Virus record (IMG/VR): IMGVR_UViG_3300044641_006158
Coordinates: 1-53,887 of that record
Source of the DNA: a virus
Lineage: Duplodnaviria > Caudoviricetes
Direction: 5' to 3' (one strand)
DNA length: 53,887 nucleotides
This document shows positions 9,817 through 21,885 of the stretch, piece after piece. The notes under the pieces are model-generated. The model was not told the origin of the DNA. It made no database searches and worked only from the letters and a program-made list of their open reading frames with translations. Within the stretch, counting starts at the first letter, position 1, and each line of letters begins with the position of its first letter. The translations under genes were made by a program, and so were the position numbers.

Positions 9817-12800
9817 ATTTATTTTTCAGTTCATCAATTTCTTTTTTCAAGTCCTTAATCGCTTCAATTAATACGCCGACAATGTTACCATATGCAACTG
9901 CAAGATATTCTGAATTATTTTCTTTATTAACAACTTCAGGTAAATGTTTCTGCACTTCTTGAGCGATTACACCGATACCGTTTCTACCGTCTTTCTCGAA
10001 ACGAACACCTCTCAGTTTCTCAACAATCGAAAGTGCGTTATCAATTGTTTGAATGTTATTCTTCAATCTTTCATCAGAAGATGCAGTAACGTTACCTGGA
10101 ACAGCCAGGTCGCCAGTAGATGCATTGAAGGTAAATCCTGTTGTTCTCACTCTAGCAGTTTCATTTGCACCAGCAGATCCAATGAACACTGGATAGTATG
10201 TCGTACCTGTTGTAGTTTGTGTCGCATTAATTGTTGTTGAAGGACCTGCTGGACCAATCGGACCAATCGGACCGATAGGACCTTGAGGTCCAGTAGCGCC
10301 AACACCAATTGGACCGATTGGACCTTGTGGTCCAGTAGGTCCAATTGGGCCGATTGGTCCTTGTGGTCCAGTAGCACCAATATCACCAGTTCTATAGAAT
10401 GTTAGAACACACTCTTCTGCTAGGCTAGGAGATGTTCCTGAAACGTAAACAACGCCAAGTTTTCTATATCCTGAGACTGTTGTTACGCTAGTTAATCTGA
10501 ATATTGCGAAAGTTGTGTCTGAATTTACATTCGAATTGATCGATAAAAATCCCTTAACTGTAGTTGTCGAATCATCCCAACTGTCAATGTATGCAGAAAC
10601 ATCAACGTTGTTTATGTCCAAAATGTCGATGTTTATTTCAGTTACAGTTGAAATCACTGACTGATTAAATAGGAATTTACCAGGTGTTGGGTCTTGATCT
10701 ACGTTGATGTTATCGAAGTTGTAACGCAGACCTGCATTTTCGCCCTGTGGTCCCTGAGGTCCCGTCGGTCCAATTGGACCTATTGGGCCTATAGGACCGA
10801 TTGGACCTTGTGGACCAATTGGGCCGATTGGACCAATAGGACCTTGTGGTCCACTAGGACCCTGTGGTCCAGTAGCTCCTCTTGGACCAATGGGTCCGAT
10901 AGGACCGATAGGACCTTGTGGTCCCGATGCGCCAATTGGACCTATAGGTCCAATTGGACCTATAGGTCCTTGTGGACCAATTGGTCCGATAGGTCCCTGT
11001 GGACCAATAGGACCGATAGGACCAATTGGTCCCTGTGGTCCTGATGCGCCAATTGGTCCAATGGGTCCGATAGGACCGATAGGACCTTGTGGTCCAGATG
11101 CGCCAATTGGACCGATAGGTCCGATAGGACCAATTGGTCCCTGTGGTCCTGATGCGCCAATTGGACCGATAGGTCCCTGTGGACCAATGGGTCCGATAGG
11201 TCCGATTGGACCTTGTGGACCGATAGGACCAATTGGACCGATAGGACCTTGAGGACCAGATGCGCCAATTGGACCGATAGGTCCGATAGGACCAATTGGT
11301 CCTATCGGTCCTGATGCGCCAATTGGACCGATAGGTCCCTGTGGACCAATGGGTCCGATAGGTCCGATTGGACCTTGTGGACCGATAGGACCAATTGGAC
11401 CGATAGGACCTTGAGGACCAGATGCGCCAATTGGACCGATAGGTCCCTGTGGACCAATGGGTCCGATAGGTCCGATTGGACCTTGTGGACCGATAGGACC
11501 AATTGGACCGATAGGACCTTGAGGACCAGATGCGCCAATTGGACCGATAGGTCCCTGTGGACCAATGGGTCCGATAGGTCCAATTGGACCGATAGGGCCG
11601 ATAGGACCCTGTGGACCTGTTGGTCCCGTTGGACCGTTTAAAACACCTATATCTTTAGTTGTAATTATTTGATAATATGTGTTTACTTTTACAGGATCCG
11701 TTTCATCAGTTGCTCTAATTTTCCACTTACGATCTGAATTGTCAAATTGTATGTAAGCATTTGGTGTGAAAGTGAGTGCGCTATGTTCACCTCTATTCAC
11801 ACCGACGCGAGCAGCTTGTGAACCGGTTATAGGCACTTCACCGTATAATACGAAATCGGAAGAATTGTAAACAATGTCGCCTTCTATTACATAATTTCCT
11901 TCTACATTTAAGTCGCCCTTAATTGTAGTTGTGCCGCCAATATCGACTGAAGTATTTACAAACAGTTGATTTAAGTTAGCGTTTGTCGCGTATAGTCTAG
12001 CAGTTGTTACATGATTGTTTGAATTCAATGAAGCAACATAAGAATTGCTGCTTGTGTATAGAATAGTTGTATTTACAATTGTGTTTGAAGTGATGCTGTT
12101 AACATTTAAAGAACCACTTATGTTTGCGGAACCAGCATTCAATGCTGTGTTAGCCGTTATCACATCACCAAGAACTCTTGTAACAGCAGATAATGTTCCC
12201 ACGTTAGCTGTGTTAGCCTGCATTGTAGATACAATGTTAGCCGTCACTGCATTCAATGCCGAGTTAGATGTTAATGATCCTGCAAGAACTCTTGTAACAG
12301 CAGATAATGTTCCCACGTTAGCTGTGTTAGCCTGCATTGTAGATACAATGTTAGCTGTAACTGCATTCAATGCCGAGTTAGATGTCAAAGTGCCAGCAAG
12401 CACAACACCAACAACGTTTGCACTAGCCGCATTCAAGAAACCATTTGAAGTAATTGTGCCACCAAGAATTGTTCCAATAACGTTAGCTGAACCTGCATTC
12501 AAATCAGTATTAGCCGTTAGCACACCAGAAACAACTCTTGTGACAGCCGACAATGTTCCGACATTTCCAGTATTAGCCTGCATTGTTGATACAATGTTAG
12601 CCGTCACTGCATTCAAAGCGGAGTTGGATGTTAGTGTACCCGCAAGCACAACACCAATAACGTTAGCTGAGCCTGCATTTAGTCCTGTATTAGCAGTCAA
12701 TACACCCGAAACAACTCTTGTTACAGCAGATAATGTACCCACGTTCGCAGTATTAGCTTGCATTGTTGATACAATGTTAGCTGTCACTGCATTCAATGCT

Positions 12801-15106
12801 GAGTTAGATGTTAATGTTCCTGCAAGTACAGTACCAACAACGTTTGCAAAACCTGCATTCAAATCTGTGTTAGCCGTTAAAACTCCAGAAACAACTCTTG
12901 TTACTGCGGACAGCGTTCCAACATTTCCGGTATTAGCCTGCATCGTAGATACAATATTGGCGGTGACGGCATTTAGCGCAGAGTTAGATGTTAACGTTCC
13001 TGCAAGGACAACACCAACAACGTTTGCTGAGCCTACGTTAAGTTGTGTATTCGCAGTTAAAGTGCCTGTCAATAAACTTGTATTAGCTACAAGAATACCG
13101 ATTCTACCCGAAGCAGCATCAATACCACCAATGACATTTGCTGAGCCAACATTCAATTGTGTGTTAGCTGTAATTGTTCCAGAAAGTAGACTAGTATTAG
13201 CTACAAGAACACCAATTCTACCTGAGGCAGCATCAATGCCATTAATAACGTTGGCTGAACCAGCATTTAATTGTGTATTAGCGGTAATTGTACCACCGAT
13301 AATTGCTGTCAATGCGGACAATGTTCCAACATTAACTGTATTTGCTTGTGCTAAACCTACTATGTTTGCTGACCCAGCATTTAATGCAGTATTAGCAGTT
13401 AAAGTGCCCGTCAACAAGCTTGTATTGGCAACGAGAATACCAATTCTACCTGATGCAGCATCAATGCCATTGATGACGTTAGCAGAACCCACATTGAGTT
13501 GTGTATTAGCGGTAATTGTACCACCCAATAAGCTTGTATTGGCAACTAAAATACCAATTCTTCCGGAAGCTGCATCAATGCCATTGATAACGTTGGCAGA
13601 ACCCACATTGAGTTGTGTATTCGCAGTTAGAGTGCCGGTTAATAAGCTTGTATTGGCTACAAGTACACCAATTCTCCCAGAATCTGCATCGATTCGGCCA
13701 ATGACATTTGCTGAGCCGACGTTAAGTTGTGTATTAGCGGTAATTGTACCACCCAATAAGCTTGTATTGGCAACTAAAATACCAATTCTACCTGATGCAG
13801 CATCAATGCCATTGATGACGTTAGCAGAACCCACATTGAGTTGTGTATTCGCAGTTAAAGTACCACCCAATAAGCTTGTATTGGCAACAAGCACACCAAT
13901 TCTACCTGATGCGGCATCAATACCGCCAATAACATTTGCCGAACCCACATTTAATTGTGTATTAGCGGTAATTGTACCACCCAATAAGCTTGTGTTAGCA
14001 ACGAGAATACCAATTCTACCTGATGCAGCATCAATTCCGTTGATAACGTTAGCGGATCCAACATTCAGTTGTGTGTTGGCGGTAATTGTACCACCCAACA
14101 AGCTTGTATTTGCAACGAGAACGCCGATTCTACCCGAAGCTGCATCGATACCACCAATGACATTGGCAGAACCAACATTCAGTTGTGTATTCGCAGTTAA
14201 AGTGCCTGTCAATAAGCTTGTATTGGCAACAAGTACACCGATTCTACCCGAAGCTGCATCAATGCCATTGATAACGTTAGCAGAGCCGACATTCAATTGG
14301 CCATTGGCTGTTAAAGTTTCTCCAATGACTCTTGTGACAGCAGATAATGTTCCAACGTTTCCTGTGTTAGCTTGTATTGTAGATACAATATTAGCAGTGA
14401 CTGCATTCAAAGCAGAATTAGACGTTAGAGTACCACCAAGAATTGTACCAACAACGTTTGCAAAACCAGCATTTAGATCCGTGTTTGCCGTCAATACACC
14501 CGAAACAACTCTTGTGAATGCGGACAATGTTCCGACGTTAGCTGTGTTAGCCTGCATTGTGCCAACAACGTTAGCACTTGCTGCATTAAGAGCACCATTC
14601 GATGTAAGTGTGTCTGAGAATAGCGAAGTTGAATAAACTACAGGTGATACAATATAAGAGTTCGCATTTACGCCAAGTGTGCGAATGTTAGACGACACTG
14701 TTAGTGTGCTTCCAAGAGCAACTGCTCCGGAGAGAACAGAAAGATTTGCTACGTTTAACCCGATACCCGCACCTAACACATTCAGATTTGCTACGTTTGC
14801 CATTCCGGCGACAGCAAGTCCGGTAACTCCTGCTTGTGTGTTTGTTGCAAGAATTGAACCTTGAACTGTCAGAATATTTTGAACAAGTGCGGATGAACCA
14901 GTACCTGAAACAGTAAACGTACCTTGAACTAAAGCATTATTTGCTACTTGAAGACCAGTTCCACTTGAATTAATGATGAATGAACCAGTATTTTTGGTGT
15001 AGTTGTTTGCACCAATATCATTGACTTCTGCTAGAACAGAATTTGTTGTAACTAGCCAGTCGCCGAAAGTATTTGCATAATTTAGTGGAGTGATTGGATT
15101 AGCCAT
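9815..15106 (-). CDS. Long fibre protein: beta-repeat shaft, collagen segment, C-terminal peptidase S74 intramolecular chaperone
   Basis: ANTFGDW N-terminus; 38-aa repeats; GPI/GPQ collagen at ~10745-11640; [10 protein letters not shown]...GVIAQEV...[16 protein letters not shown]74 signature. Confidence 0.88.
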   Translation of the reverse strand: MANPITPLNYANTFGDWLVTTNSVLAEVNDIGANNYTKNTGSFIINSSGTGLQVANNALVQGTFTVSGTGSSALVQNILTVQGSILATNTQAGVTGLAVAGMANVANLNVLGAGIGLNVANLSVLSGAVALGSTLTVSSNIRTLGVNANSYIVSPVVYSTSLFSDTLTSNGALNAASANVVGTMQANTANVGTLSAFTRVVSGVLTANTDLNAGFANVVGTILGGTLTSNSALNAVTANIVSTIQANTGNVGTLSAVTRVIGETLTANGQLNVGSANVINGIDAASGRIGVLVANTSLLTGTLTANTQLNVGSANVIGGIDAASGRIGVLVANTSLLGGTITANTQLNVGSANVINGIDAASGRIGILVANTSLLGGTITANTQLNVGSANVIGGIDAASGRIGVLVANTSLLGGTLTANTQLNVGSANVINGIDAASGRIGILVANTSLLGGTITANTQLNVGSANVIGRIDADSGRIGVLVANTSLLTGTLTANTQLNVGSANVINGIDAASGRIGILVANTSLLGGTITANTQLNVGSANVINGIDAASGRIGILVANTSLLTGTLTANTALNAGSANIVGLAQANTVNVGTLSALTAIIGGTITANTQLNAGSANVINGIDAASGRIGVLVANTSLLSGTITANTQLNVGSANVIGGIDAASGRIGILVANTSLLTGTLTANTQLNVGSANVVGVVLAGTLTSNSALNAVTANIVSTMQANTGNVGTLSAVTRVVSGVLTANTDLNAGFANVVGTVLAGTLTSNSALNAVTANIVSTMQANTANVGTLSAVTRVVSGVLTANTGLNAGSANVIGVVLAGTLTSNSALNAVTANIVSTMQANTGNVGTLSAVTRVVSGVLTANTDLNAGSANVIGTILGGTITSNGFLNAASANVVGVVLAGTLTSNSALNAVTANIVSTMQANTANVGTLSAVTRVLAGSLTSNSALNAVTANIVSTMQANTANVGTLSAVTRVLGDVITANTALNAGSANISGSLNVNSITSNTIVNTTILYTSSNSYVASLNSNNHVTTARLYATNANLNQLFVNTSVDIGGTTTIKGDLNVEGNYVIEGDIVYNSSDFVLYGEVPITGSQAARVGVNRGEHSALTFTPNAYIQFDNSDRKWKIRATDETDPVKVNTYYQIITTKDIGVLNGPTGPTGPQGPIGPIGPIGPIGPIGPQGPIGPIGASGPQGPIGPIGPIGPQGPIGPIGPIGPQGPIGPIGASGPQGPIGPIGPIGPQGPIGPIGPIGPQGPIGPIGASGPIGPIGPIGPIGPIGASGPQGPIGPIGPIGPQGPIGPIGPIGPQGPIGPIGASGPQGPIGPIGPIGPIGASGPQGPIGPIGPIGPIGASGPQGPIGPIGPIGPQGPIGPIGPQGPIGPIGPIGPIGASGPQGPIGPIGPIGPRGATGPQGPSGPQGPIGPIGPIGPQGPIGPIGPIGPIGPTGPQGPQGENAGLRYNFDNINVDQDPTPGKFLFNQSVISTVTEINIDILDINNVDVSAYIDSWDDSTTTVKGFLSINSNVNSDTTFAIFRLTSVTTVSGYRKLGVVYVSGTSPSLAEECVLTFYRTGDIGATGPQGPIGPIGPTGPQGPIGPIGVGATGPQGPIGPIGPIGPAGPSTTINATQTTTGTTYYPVFIGSAGANETARVRTTGFTFNASTGDLAVPGNVTASSDERLKNNIQTIDNALSIVEKLRGVRFEKDGRNGIGVIAQEVQKHLPEVVNKENNSEYLAVAYGNIVGVLIEAIKDLKKEIDELKNK
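11151..11580. repeat. 108-bp identical repeat units in collagen-coding DNA
   Basis: Unit gatgcgccaattggaccgataggtccctgtgg...gaggacca at 11151, 11313 and 11421, with a partial copy from 11529. Confidence 0.8.
13010..14310. repeat. 114-bp (38-aa) tandem repeat region
   Basis: GT[IL][14 protein letters not shown][NG][10 protein letters not shown][VI]LVANTSLL[GT]; the aataagcttgt motif recurs at ~114-bp spacing (about 13527, 13641, 13756, 13870, 13983). Confidence 0.85.
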
Positions 15107-15350
15107 TTGTGCCTTTTCCTAATAATTGTACCAATAGTTTTTTTATTTCGTCCATATCGTTTTTGATTGAAGAAACTTCAATACGAATATTATTTATTTC
15201 TTCTTTTTGACTCTTTAATATTTTAGATTTCATCAAATAATCTTCTCTGGCACTTGAATCATTATTGATAAGTGCCATCGAATTTGTGTCTCTAACATAC
15301 TTTGAATCTTTCACATTCACAAACATATTATTGTCCTGAAGGTAGCGCAA
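15099..15350 (-). CDS. Small conserved T4-like phage protein downstream of the VrlC-like gene
   Basis: [21 protein letters not shown] followed by a coiled coil; true start is probably MFVNVK at ~15326. Confidence 0.7.
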   Translation of the reverse strand: MRYLQDNNMFVNVKDSKYVRDTNSMALINNDSSAREDYLMKSKILKSQKEEINNIRIEVSSIKNDMDEIKKLLVQLLGKGTNG

Positions 15351-18300
15351 GAACTCTTAGGTCATATAGAACTGGTGTTCTTGCGGAATCTGCAGTTGCG
15401 AGTACAATCTTAATAGCGAACTGACTGAATTGTGTATATGTAACACCGCTAGTGCTTGTATAACTTATTGAATTGTCGGCATTACCGTTTGAACCTGGTG
15501 CTGATACATATTCTTTCACATCAGTTCTGATTGTTGAATATGAAGATCCACCTGGGTTTATTTCAGTCATCAGTTGCCAGTTTTGGTCTTCAAATTTTTC
15601 AGTATCATTTCGATTCAGTATCTTGTAATACACAAGAATTCTTGAACCGACTGGTTTGTAAGCAGTGTAGTAAACTCTCAAGTCGCCAGAATCATTCTCA
15701 GGTGTTAATACAACTTTCTTAGTAATGTAACGGCAAACTGCATTACCATCTCTCGCTGAAGTTTCACCAGAGACAGTTGCAGTTGCACTATAGCCACCAC
15801 CGTTTGCTGCGATTGTGAGTGTAGGTGTTTGAATATAGCCTGAGCCTGGTGTTGTCACATTGATCTTGTCTACAATGTAACCGCCTGAACCATTCGTCAC
15901 AACGTTTGCTGTAGCATACGCTTGTGTGCCGCCGAGCCCAGTTGGTGCTGAAATTGTAACTGCAGGTGGTGTGCTTGTATACACGGCAGTTACGCCCGCA
16001 GTGTTTCCGCTTGTCACTGTAATATCAGTGTTTGTCACAGGCATATCATTGATTACATTTCGAATCGCATAGAGTGAAGTGCCATCATCAGTTATGACAG
16101 GAGAAACATATTGATTTGTTGTTGTCAATCTTGCTGTCAAAATAAATGATGAACTTGAATTTGAATCGAGAACACGAGAACCTTTACCATCATCGAAGTA
16201 AATGTTATCACTCATAGAGGTTGCATATTTACCAGGAATAATTTCTTTTGTTGAATCAGAAGAAAAGTCCGAGTAAATTGTAGGTCTATAAGTATAGTTG
16301 ATCTTCGTGTCTGTTGGTTCGAAGTCAACGACAGAAACATTCAATGCATCATACGGTAAATCTTTTAAGAAGTATGTGCTATCAGTTGATGACAATGTAT
16401 TCGAAGCAACGTTTGCGTAATATTCGATGTCACTGTTCACTAGTTTTCTCAGCGGTATCTTTCTAGGTACAATGAAATCAACTGTTGGTTCAGCAGAAGT
16501 TGTGAACACGCAGTTATCGATTACAAACATCATGCTCTTTGCTTGTTCTGCTGTCCACGCAATACCGTTCTGTGATTCGAACAGCGTACCAACGTAAGGT
16601 GATGCACCGATTTTTGTTATCGTTGATGGTGTTGGATCTGTCGGTAAATTCTTAACAGAAGAAGCAACTGCAACTGAATTTTGTTTTGCGACCCAAACAA
16701 CATAATCTGGTGATGTTGTCTGCAGAATGAATGCATACAAGTTGCCTGATCTGATGTAGACAGGTGCATTGAATACAAACTCAGTGTATGTTGAACTATC
16801 AAGATAATGTGGTGTAGTAGATGCGTTTATTTCACCAACTGTCTTGACAACTAAACTGTTATCTAATACTTCACCGTTAGGATAACCGTTCAATGTACTT
16901 GTTACAAAGAATTTAACTGGTGGTGCGGAAGCTGTTGTAGGTTTGTTTCTGAAGAACACTTTGATCGAACGGAGGAAAGCACCGTTTGGATATGTTTCCT
17001 GATCGATCATGAAAGTCTGTGCAACAGGGTCAACAGTTGTTACTGTCTGACTGATGATTTGATTTTGTCTCTGTTCAGTTGAAACGAATACTGATCCTTT
17101 TGCCGCCGCTTGGAGTGAACCGCCGAAGTTTACGTTCACACTCTTTGTAGCAAGAGAACTCGCTGTGAAAATACCCTCAGAAACTGTTGTTGCAGAATCT
17201 GGATTCGCATCCGTTGTTCTGTTGTCGATGCGTAGAACTTTATCACCAGTTCTGAAAGTGCCTCCAGGTAATTGGAAAATCGCACTGAAGTTGCCATTTT
17301 CATCAGTTGAAAGTCTCGGTGCAACATCTAAAGTTGAACTTTGTGAAAGAAGATAAGTTGAACCTGAGATTGAGTATTTTGAACCAATTAGAACTGCTGG
17401 ATTATTTGGTTGCGTTTTATTTGAACCAGATGAAATACCAACAGCGGAACCTAGTGTTGCAACTTTTGTTGTACCATCATATGCTGTGATAGTTGCGGTG
17501 AAAGTTTCAGTCCAAGTTTCATAACTAGTCTGCGTGCTGAAAATGTCTTCATTGGCCCAGCACTGGTTTTCATCACACCAGCCGCCGGTTGTTCCAATTT
17601 TAATGCGTTGAGTTACTAGTTTCTGATTTACTGTTGTAATACGAATAGTTGAACCAACGTAGAATGATGTAGTTGATGATGAGAGTGGGCATAGAGTGAT
17701 TGCTGTAGCACCAGTTCTGTATGTACCACCACCTGGCAATGCTGCAGTTGATCCACCAGAAGAACCTTTGACCTCACCACTCATCGAGATAACACGAAGC
17801 GAACTATTTGTATAAGTTCCGAATGCTGTGTTTCCAGTGTATACACCGTTTTGATTGAATCTAGCATTCTGTAAAGTGTTGGTTGAACTATATGTAATAG
17901 TATTTGCATCTGAAGTTACATACAATCTTACAGTTGTTGAAGATGTTTTTGTTGCACCGACAACACGCCCGGTAGGATAGAATGTACCAGAAGTAAAGAA
18001 ACCAATCACATCATCTTCTTCAAAAGTGCCATTCACATTTGTCAGATTGATAATGTTTGGTTGTACAAGGTATTGATTTACATTTTCACCATCAAAGAAC
18101 ACTGAAACTGGTGTGTTGATCTTCATACCCTTCGCACGAAGAATTAGATTTTGCGCTCTAATGTATGGTTGTACTGAAACATCAGTAATGAAATTACCAG
18201 TGATAGATGTTACTTGATCATAATTTCCAGAAACAGTTTGTCTTTCTTGGCTTGCGTATACTGTAGTAGTAACTTGGCGACCTGACGATTCTTCAATAGT

Positions 18301-21300
18301 TCTTTGTGTTCCTGCGATTGTTCCCCAATCACCAGTTGAAAGAACGTTGAGTGTGTTACCCTGTCTGAAAAGAGTTGTTTGTGGATTTACAATTAGAATA
18401 TCAGGTTCTCTTCCCGTAGAAACCCACATGTCCATTGGTGGGTTAATTTCAAGAACACCTTCTTGAATATCTACAGCGAATGGATTCAAGCTGACAGTAT
18501 CACTTGCCAATTTCTGTATTGCTAGATTCGCACTTGAGTACGGCAGTGTGATAATTGCAGATGTTCCACCGCTAGTTGTGTGATAACGATATGATAGACT
18601 TGTTTGTGCAGACTCTGCTAACTTACCGAAAGCATTGAAACCGTCTTTCGGGAATAGTGGCGCATTCAATACAAAATCTTGTGCAGTCATGAATGTTAGG
18701 CGCTTGTTGATTTTTGCAGCAAAGTCTTCATTCTCCGCGTCTGCAGTCGAGAAACCTGTGAAGTTGTCAACAAGAATACCATTTTTGAAACGATTCAAGC
18801 CGTTAGAATCAGGCACTTGTAACTCAGCAGCCTGTTTTTCAAGTAGGCTGAGTGATGTATAGTATTCAATATTGTTGATTCTTGTTTCAAGAGAAGAAAT
18901 GTCCTGCATTCTCCAGCGACGGTGTTGGATCTTATTCAAACTGATGTTCGGTAGATACTTCGTTGTTTCTTCCGGTAAGTAAGATGTGTATGGATCAAGT
19001 GTTATTTGTGCCAGTAGTAAACTACCATCTGGTTGCAGCGGGAACGAAGGCGCATTACTTGATTTACCTTGAATCAATTTGAATTGATTGTCCTTCGTCA
19101 ATGCAACAATATCATTTCTACCCAAGTAATGTGAATAATCGGAGATAAATGTTCCAGAATCCACAGGTATCAACGCACCATCAATCGATGGTGTTGAAGT
19201 AGAGTATCTAAATTGTAGTGTTGCTGTTGCATTCACTGTTGACAATCTGAAGTCTATACAATCTCTTAGGTTGTAAGTCTGTCCAGAAATCTTTGCTGTG
19301 TAAGAACCAATGTCAGAGTAATTTTCCGGTGATGTAGAAACACCACCTGCACCAGCACTTTGATATGAATTGATACAGAAATAACCGTCGCCACCAGTGT
19401 GTTGATAGTAGTTCAAGACAACAAGTAGATTGCCTCTTGGCTGTGGTGCTCCACGTTTCAATGTAATCGAAGCGTGACCATAGTATGTGTCGTTCTGACC
19501 GTTGTCGAACAAGAAGTTATTTGTCACATCGTATGCGGAACTAGATAGCATCGCATCTGTTGCTGCAGTTGTTGGTGCACCAGTATCAATAATCTTAACG
19601 ATGTTTTTCACATCAGATATGTAAAGTGACTGTGCATTTCCTGGTGTAACTAGTGTTGTTGATGGGAAGTATACTTGACCTTGAGCAAGATCAACTTTAA
19701 CGCCGCCAACATCAGTGCCAGTTAAGTTTACATTTGCTGTATTTCCACTGATCAAATTCTTTACTTTAAGTGCGAGTGCTGTTGTTCCAGCATTTGTAAT
19801 TGCTGTTCTTGCAAGAATTGTTCCAGTGAATGTAGCTGTGCCAGTTGTATCTAATGTTGCAATTTTCTTTGTTGAATCGAGTGCAATCGTGTTTGCACTT
19901 GTAAAGTTCACAGGTTGACCAGCAGTAAGCCCAGATGAACCAGGTGCTGTTGCAATTACCAACCAGTTGTTTCTCGCTTCTGTTGATGATTGTGTAGCAC
20001 TTGCAGTACCAACAAAAGTAACATCACCAGTCAATGTGAATTGTGCTACACCTGATGAGAAACTTACATCACGCAGCATTTTCCATGAGTTGTATGTTTG
20101 ATCACTTAAGTTCTTAACGTAATCATAACCGACTGGGAAAATTAATTCCGGTGATGTTGGATTTGTAAGCACTGTTGGCAGTATGCTCACACCACTTACG
20201 ATACCGTCTGTCTTGCTTGAAGGGTCAACACCCGCAGAAGCAGAACGATTAAAGCCGCTAGATGTTGGAGCAACCATCATGTTGTAGTTCTCAACATCAA
20301 AACGAATCGTAACATTTGATGTTGTATCTGGTATCACTGTGAATGCGACATCAACTGTTGCAGTTTTAGTACCACCATTGTAAGCAACAATCTTACGACG
20401 ATCACCTGCCGATGTACCAGAATCAATAGTTACTGTTGCGCCGTAGTATGCATTTGCAACAGAAGAGAATTTACCATTAGTATCGAATAGTTGAATTGTA
20501 GTTGTTGTTCCTGTTGCTGCTGCGTTTGTGCTTAGTGTAGAGTTCTTAAACTCTGAGAGATAAGCCTTGTAAACATATGATTGTGTATTTGCAGCATCAG
20601 ATGCTGTTTCATATTCCAGACCGCGCAAATAAGCAGAGCCTGCTTTAGTTGAATTATAAGTTGTGCTATTTGTTGTTACAATCGATGAGTTTACATTGAT
20701 AGTGTGGAAGTCAACAAGTATAACCTTCGTTGCATCAAAAGCACCAGAGATATTGTTTACGTAGATGTAATTACCATAATCTGTTGTCAGATTATTATTG
20801 TTCAGTGTTTCATACTCTCTTGCTCTTGGTGCTTCAAGAGTAATATCACGCACAGATTCTACTTTATAACCCTTGATATATGCTGAACCTGGTCCAATTT
20901 GAAGCTTATAAGTATCTACGTTTGCTGTGTTTGCTTTCGGAACTAATTTGAAATCGGTGACAATAAAGTCACCATTAGTATCGTATGTTCTCTTTGCAAT
21001 GTAGTCATCAATCGTAGCATATACTGTTCCGTTTACTAGACGTTGAACAATACCGTTAGTGATTCTAACAAGTTCAATGAAGTTTGAATCAGCACCTGGT
21101 GATAGAGGTAAAGTTGTTAGCGATAGTTTAATCGTGTATCGATCAGCACCTGGTGCCTGATAGTTAGTAGCGCCAATTGCTGGATCTAATAGCGAAGGAT
21201 CTGTGACATAATCAGTTACATACTCAGAGATGTCTAGACCAACTCTTCTTGTTGGTGTATTGCCATATTTCTGCACAACGATTGTTTGTGGTTGCACAGA

Positions 21301-21876
21301 AACGAAATTGCCGATAGAATATCTAGAGTATGTTCCGTCATCGTTTTGTACTGATGAGAATGAGTAACCGTTAACGATGTAGAAAACACCTTCTGAAATC
21401 GAAGCTGTCGTTGCAAAGCCAGTGAAATCTGTAGGCGCAATTTGAGCAGTTGTTCCTGAACTAGAAAGAATTAAATCGCCAGCAGAGAACTTTGAACCAG
21501 AAAGATATGTTATGAATAGAGTAGGGGGATCACCAGAAACTGCTTCTTCTGTTGCTACAACTTTAGCGAAAACTGTTCCATCCGTATTTGTAATGATTTC
21601 ATTTTGAAAATCTTCAGCAACGATATCGTTATCATTATACGTCGCATTTAACTTCAGATATGTCGAACGATTATTGATCGTGACTTGACCACCAGTCACA
21701 GGTGTATTTTGCTTAAAGATGTGATCTGCAAATTTAGAAACTTGGTCTTGCAGAATTGTTTGTGCTTGTGTTAGTTCGCGAGCTTGAACGGCACGACCAG
21801 GCTTAAAAAGAATCCTGTGAAAATTTTTATTCGGATCAAAATCATCGTAATAAGGATCGACGTTGAAGTTTAGCAT
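15328..21876 (-). CDS. VrlC-like (DUF4815-type) large virion structural protein
   Basis: NFNVDPYYDDF...ILFKPGRAVQARELTQAQTILQ; APGADRY; RFKNGILVDNF; DPVAQTF motifs. Confidence 0.88.
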   Translation of the reverse strand: MLNFNVDPYYDDFDPNKNFHRILFKPGRAVQARELTQAQTILQDQVSKFADHIFKQNTPVTGGQVTINNRSTYLKLNATYNDNDIVAEDFQNEIITNTDGTVFAKVVATEEAVSGDPPTLFITYLSGSKFSAGDLILSSSGTTAQIAPTDFTGFATTASISEGVFYIVNGYSFSSVQNDDGTYSRYSIGNFVSVQPQTIVVQKYGNTPTRRVGLDISEYVTDYVTDPSLLDPAIGATNYQAPGADRYTIKLSLTTLPLSPGADSNFIELVRITNGIVQRLVNGTVYATIDDYIAKRTYDTNGDFIVTDFKLVPKANTANVDTYKLQIGPGSAYIKGYKVESVRDITLEAPRAREYETLNNNNLTTDYGNYIYVNNISGAFDATKVILVDFHTINVNSSIVTTNSTTYNSTKAGSAYLRGLEYETASDAANTQSYVYKAYLSEFKNSTLSTNAAATGTTTTIQLFDTNGKFSSVANAYYGATVTIDSGTSAGDRRKIVAYNGGTKTATVDVAFTVIPDTTSNVTIRFDVENYNMMVAPTSSGFNRSASAGVDPSSKTDGIVSGVSILPTVLTNPTSPELIFPVGYDYVKNLSDQTYNSWKMLRDVSFSSGVAQFTLTGDVTFVGTASATQSSTEARNNWLVIATAPGSSGLTAGQPVNFTSANTIALDSTKKIATLDTTGTATFTGTILARTAITNAGTTALALKVKNLISGNTANVNLTGTDVGGVKVDLAQGQVYFPSTTLVTPGNAQSLYISDVKNIVKIIDTGAPTTAATDAMLSSSAYDVTNNFLFDNGQNDTYYGHASITLKRGAPQPRGNLLVVLNYYQHTGGDGYFCINSYQSAGAGGVSTSPENYSDIGSYTAKISGQTYNLRDCIDFRLSTVNATATLQFRYSTSTPSIDGALIPVDSGTFISDYSHYLGRNDIVALTKDNQFKLIQGKSSNAPSFPLQPDGSLLLAQITLDPYTSYLPEETTKYLPNISLNKIQHRRWRMQDISSLETRINNIEYYTSLSLLEKQAAELQVPDSNGLNRFKNGILVDNFTGFSTADAENEDFAAKINKRLTFMTAQDFVLNAPLFPKDGFNAFGKLAESAQTSLSYRYHTTSGGTSAIITLPYSSANLAIQKLASDTVSLNPFAVDIQEGVLEINPPMDMWVSTGREPDILIVNPQTTLFRQGNTLNVLSTGDWGTIAGTQRTIEESSGRQVTTTVYASQERQTVSGNYDQVTSITGNFITDVSVQPYIRAQNLILRAKGMKINTPVSVFFDGENVNQYLVQPNIINLTNVNGTFEEDDVIGFFTSGTFYPTGRVVGATKTSSTTVRLYVTSDANTITYSSTNTLQNARFNQNGVYTGNTAFGTYTNSSLRVISMSGEVKGSSGGSTAALPGGGTYRTGATAITLCPLSSSTTSFYVGSTIRITTVNQKLVTQRIKIGTTGGWCDENQCWANEDIFSTQTSYETWTETFTATITAYDGTTKVATLGSAVGISSGSNKTQPNNPAVLIGSKYSISGSTYLLSQSSTLDVAPRLSTDENGNFSAIFQLPGGTFRTGDKVLRIDNRTTDANPDSATTVSEGIFTASSLATKSVNVNFGGSLQAAAKGSVFVSTEQRQNQIISQTVTTVDPVAQTFMIDQETYPNGAFLRSIKVFFRNKPTTASAPPVKFFVTSTLNGYPNGEVLDNSLVVKTVGEINASTTPHYLDSSTYTEFVFNAPVYIRSGNLYAFILQTTSPDYVVWVAKQNSVAVASSVKNLPTDPTPSTITKIGASPYVGTLFESQNGIAWTAEQAKSMMFVIDNCVFTTSAEPTVDFIVPRKIPLRKLVNSDIEYYANVASNTLSSTDSTYFLKDLPYDALNVSVVDFEPTDTKINYTYRPTIYSDFSSDSTKEIIPGKYATSMSDNIYFDDGKGSRVLDSNSSSSFILTARLTTTNQYVSPVITDDGTSLYAIRNVINDMPVTNTDITVTSGNTAGVTAVYTSTPPAVTISAPTGLGGTQAYATANVVTNGSGGYIVDKINVTTPGSGYIQTPTLTIAANGGGYSATATVSGETSARDGNAVCRYITKKVVLTPENDSGDLRVYYTAYKPVGSRILVYYKILNRNDTEKFEDQNWQLMTEINPGGSSYSTIRTDVKEYVSAPGSNGNADNSISYTSTSGVTYTQFSQFAIKIVLATADSARTPVLYDLRVLALPSGQ

Positions 21877-21885
21877 TTTTATCCT

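Noticed and set aside
12045-14636. 863-aa plus-strand ORF
   Set aside because: Antisense shadow of the repetitive fibre shaft; the repeat explains the lack of stops
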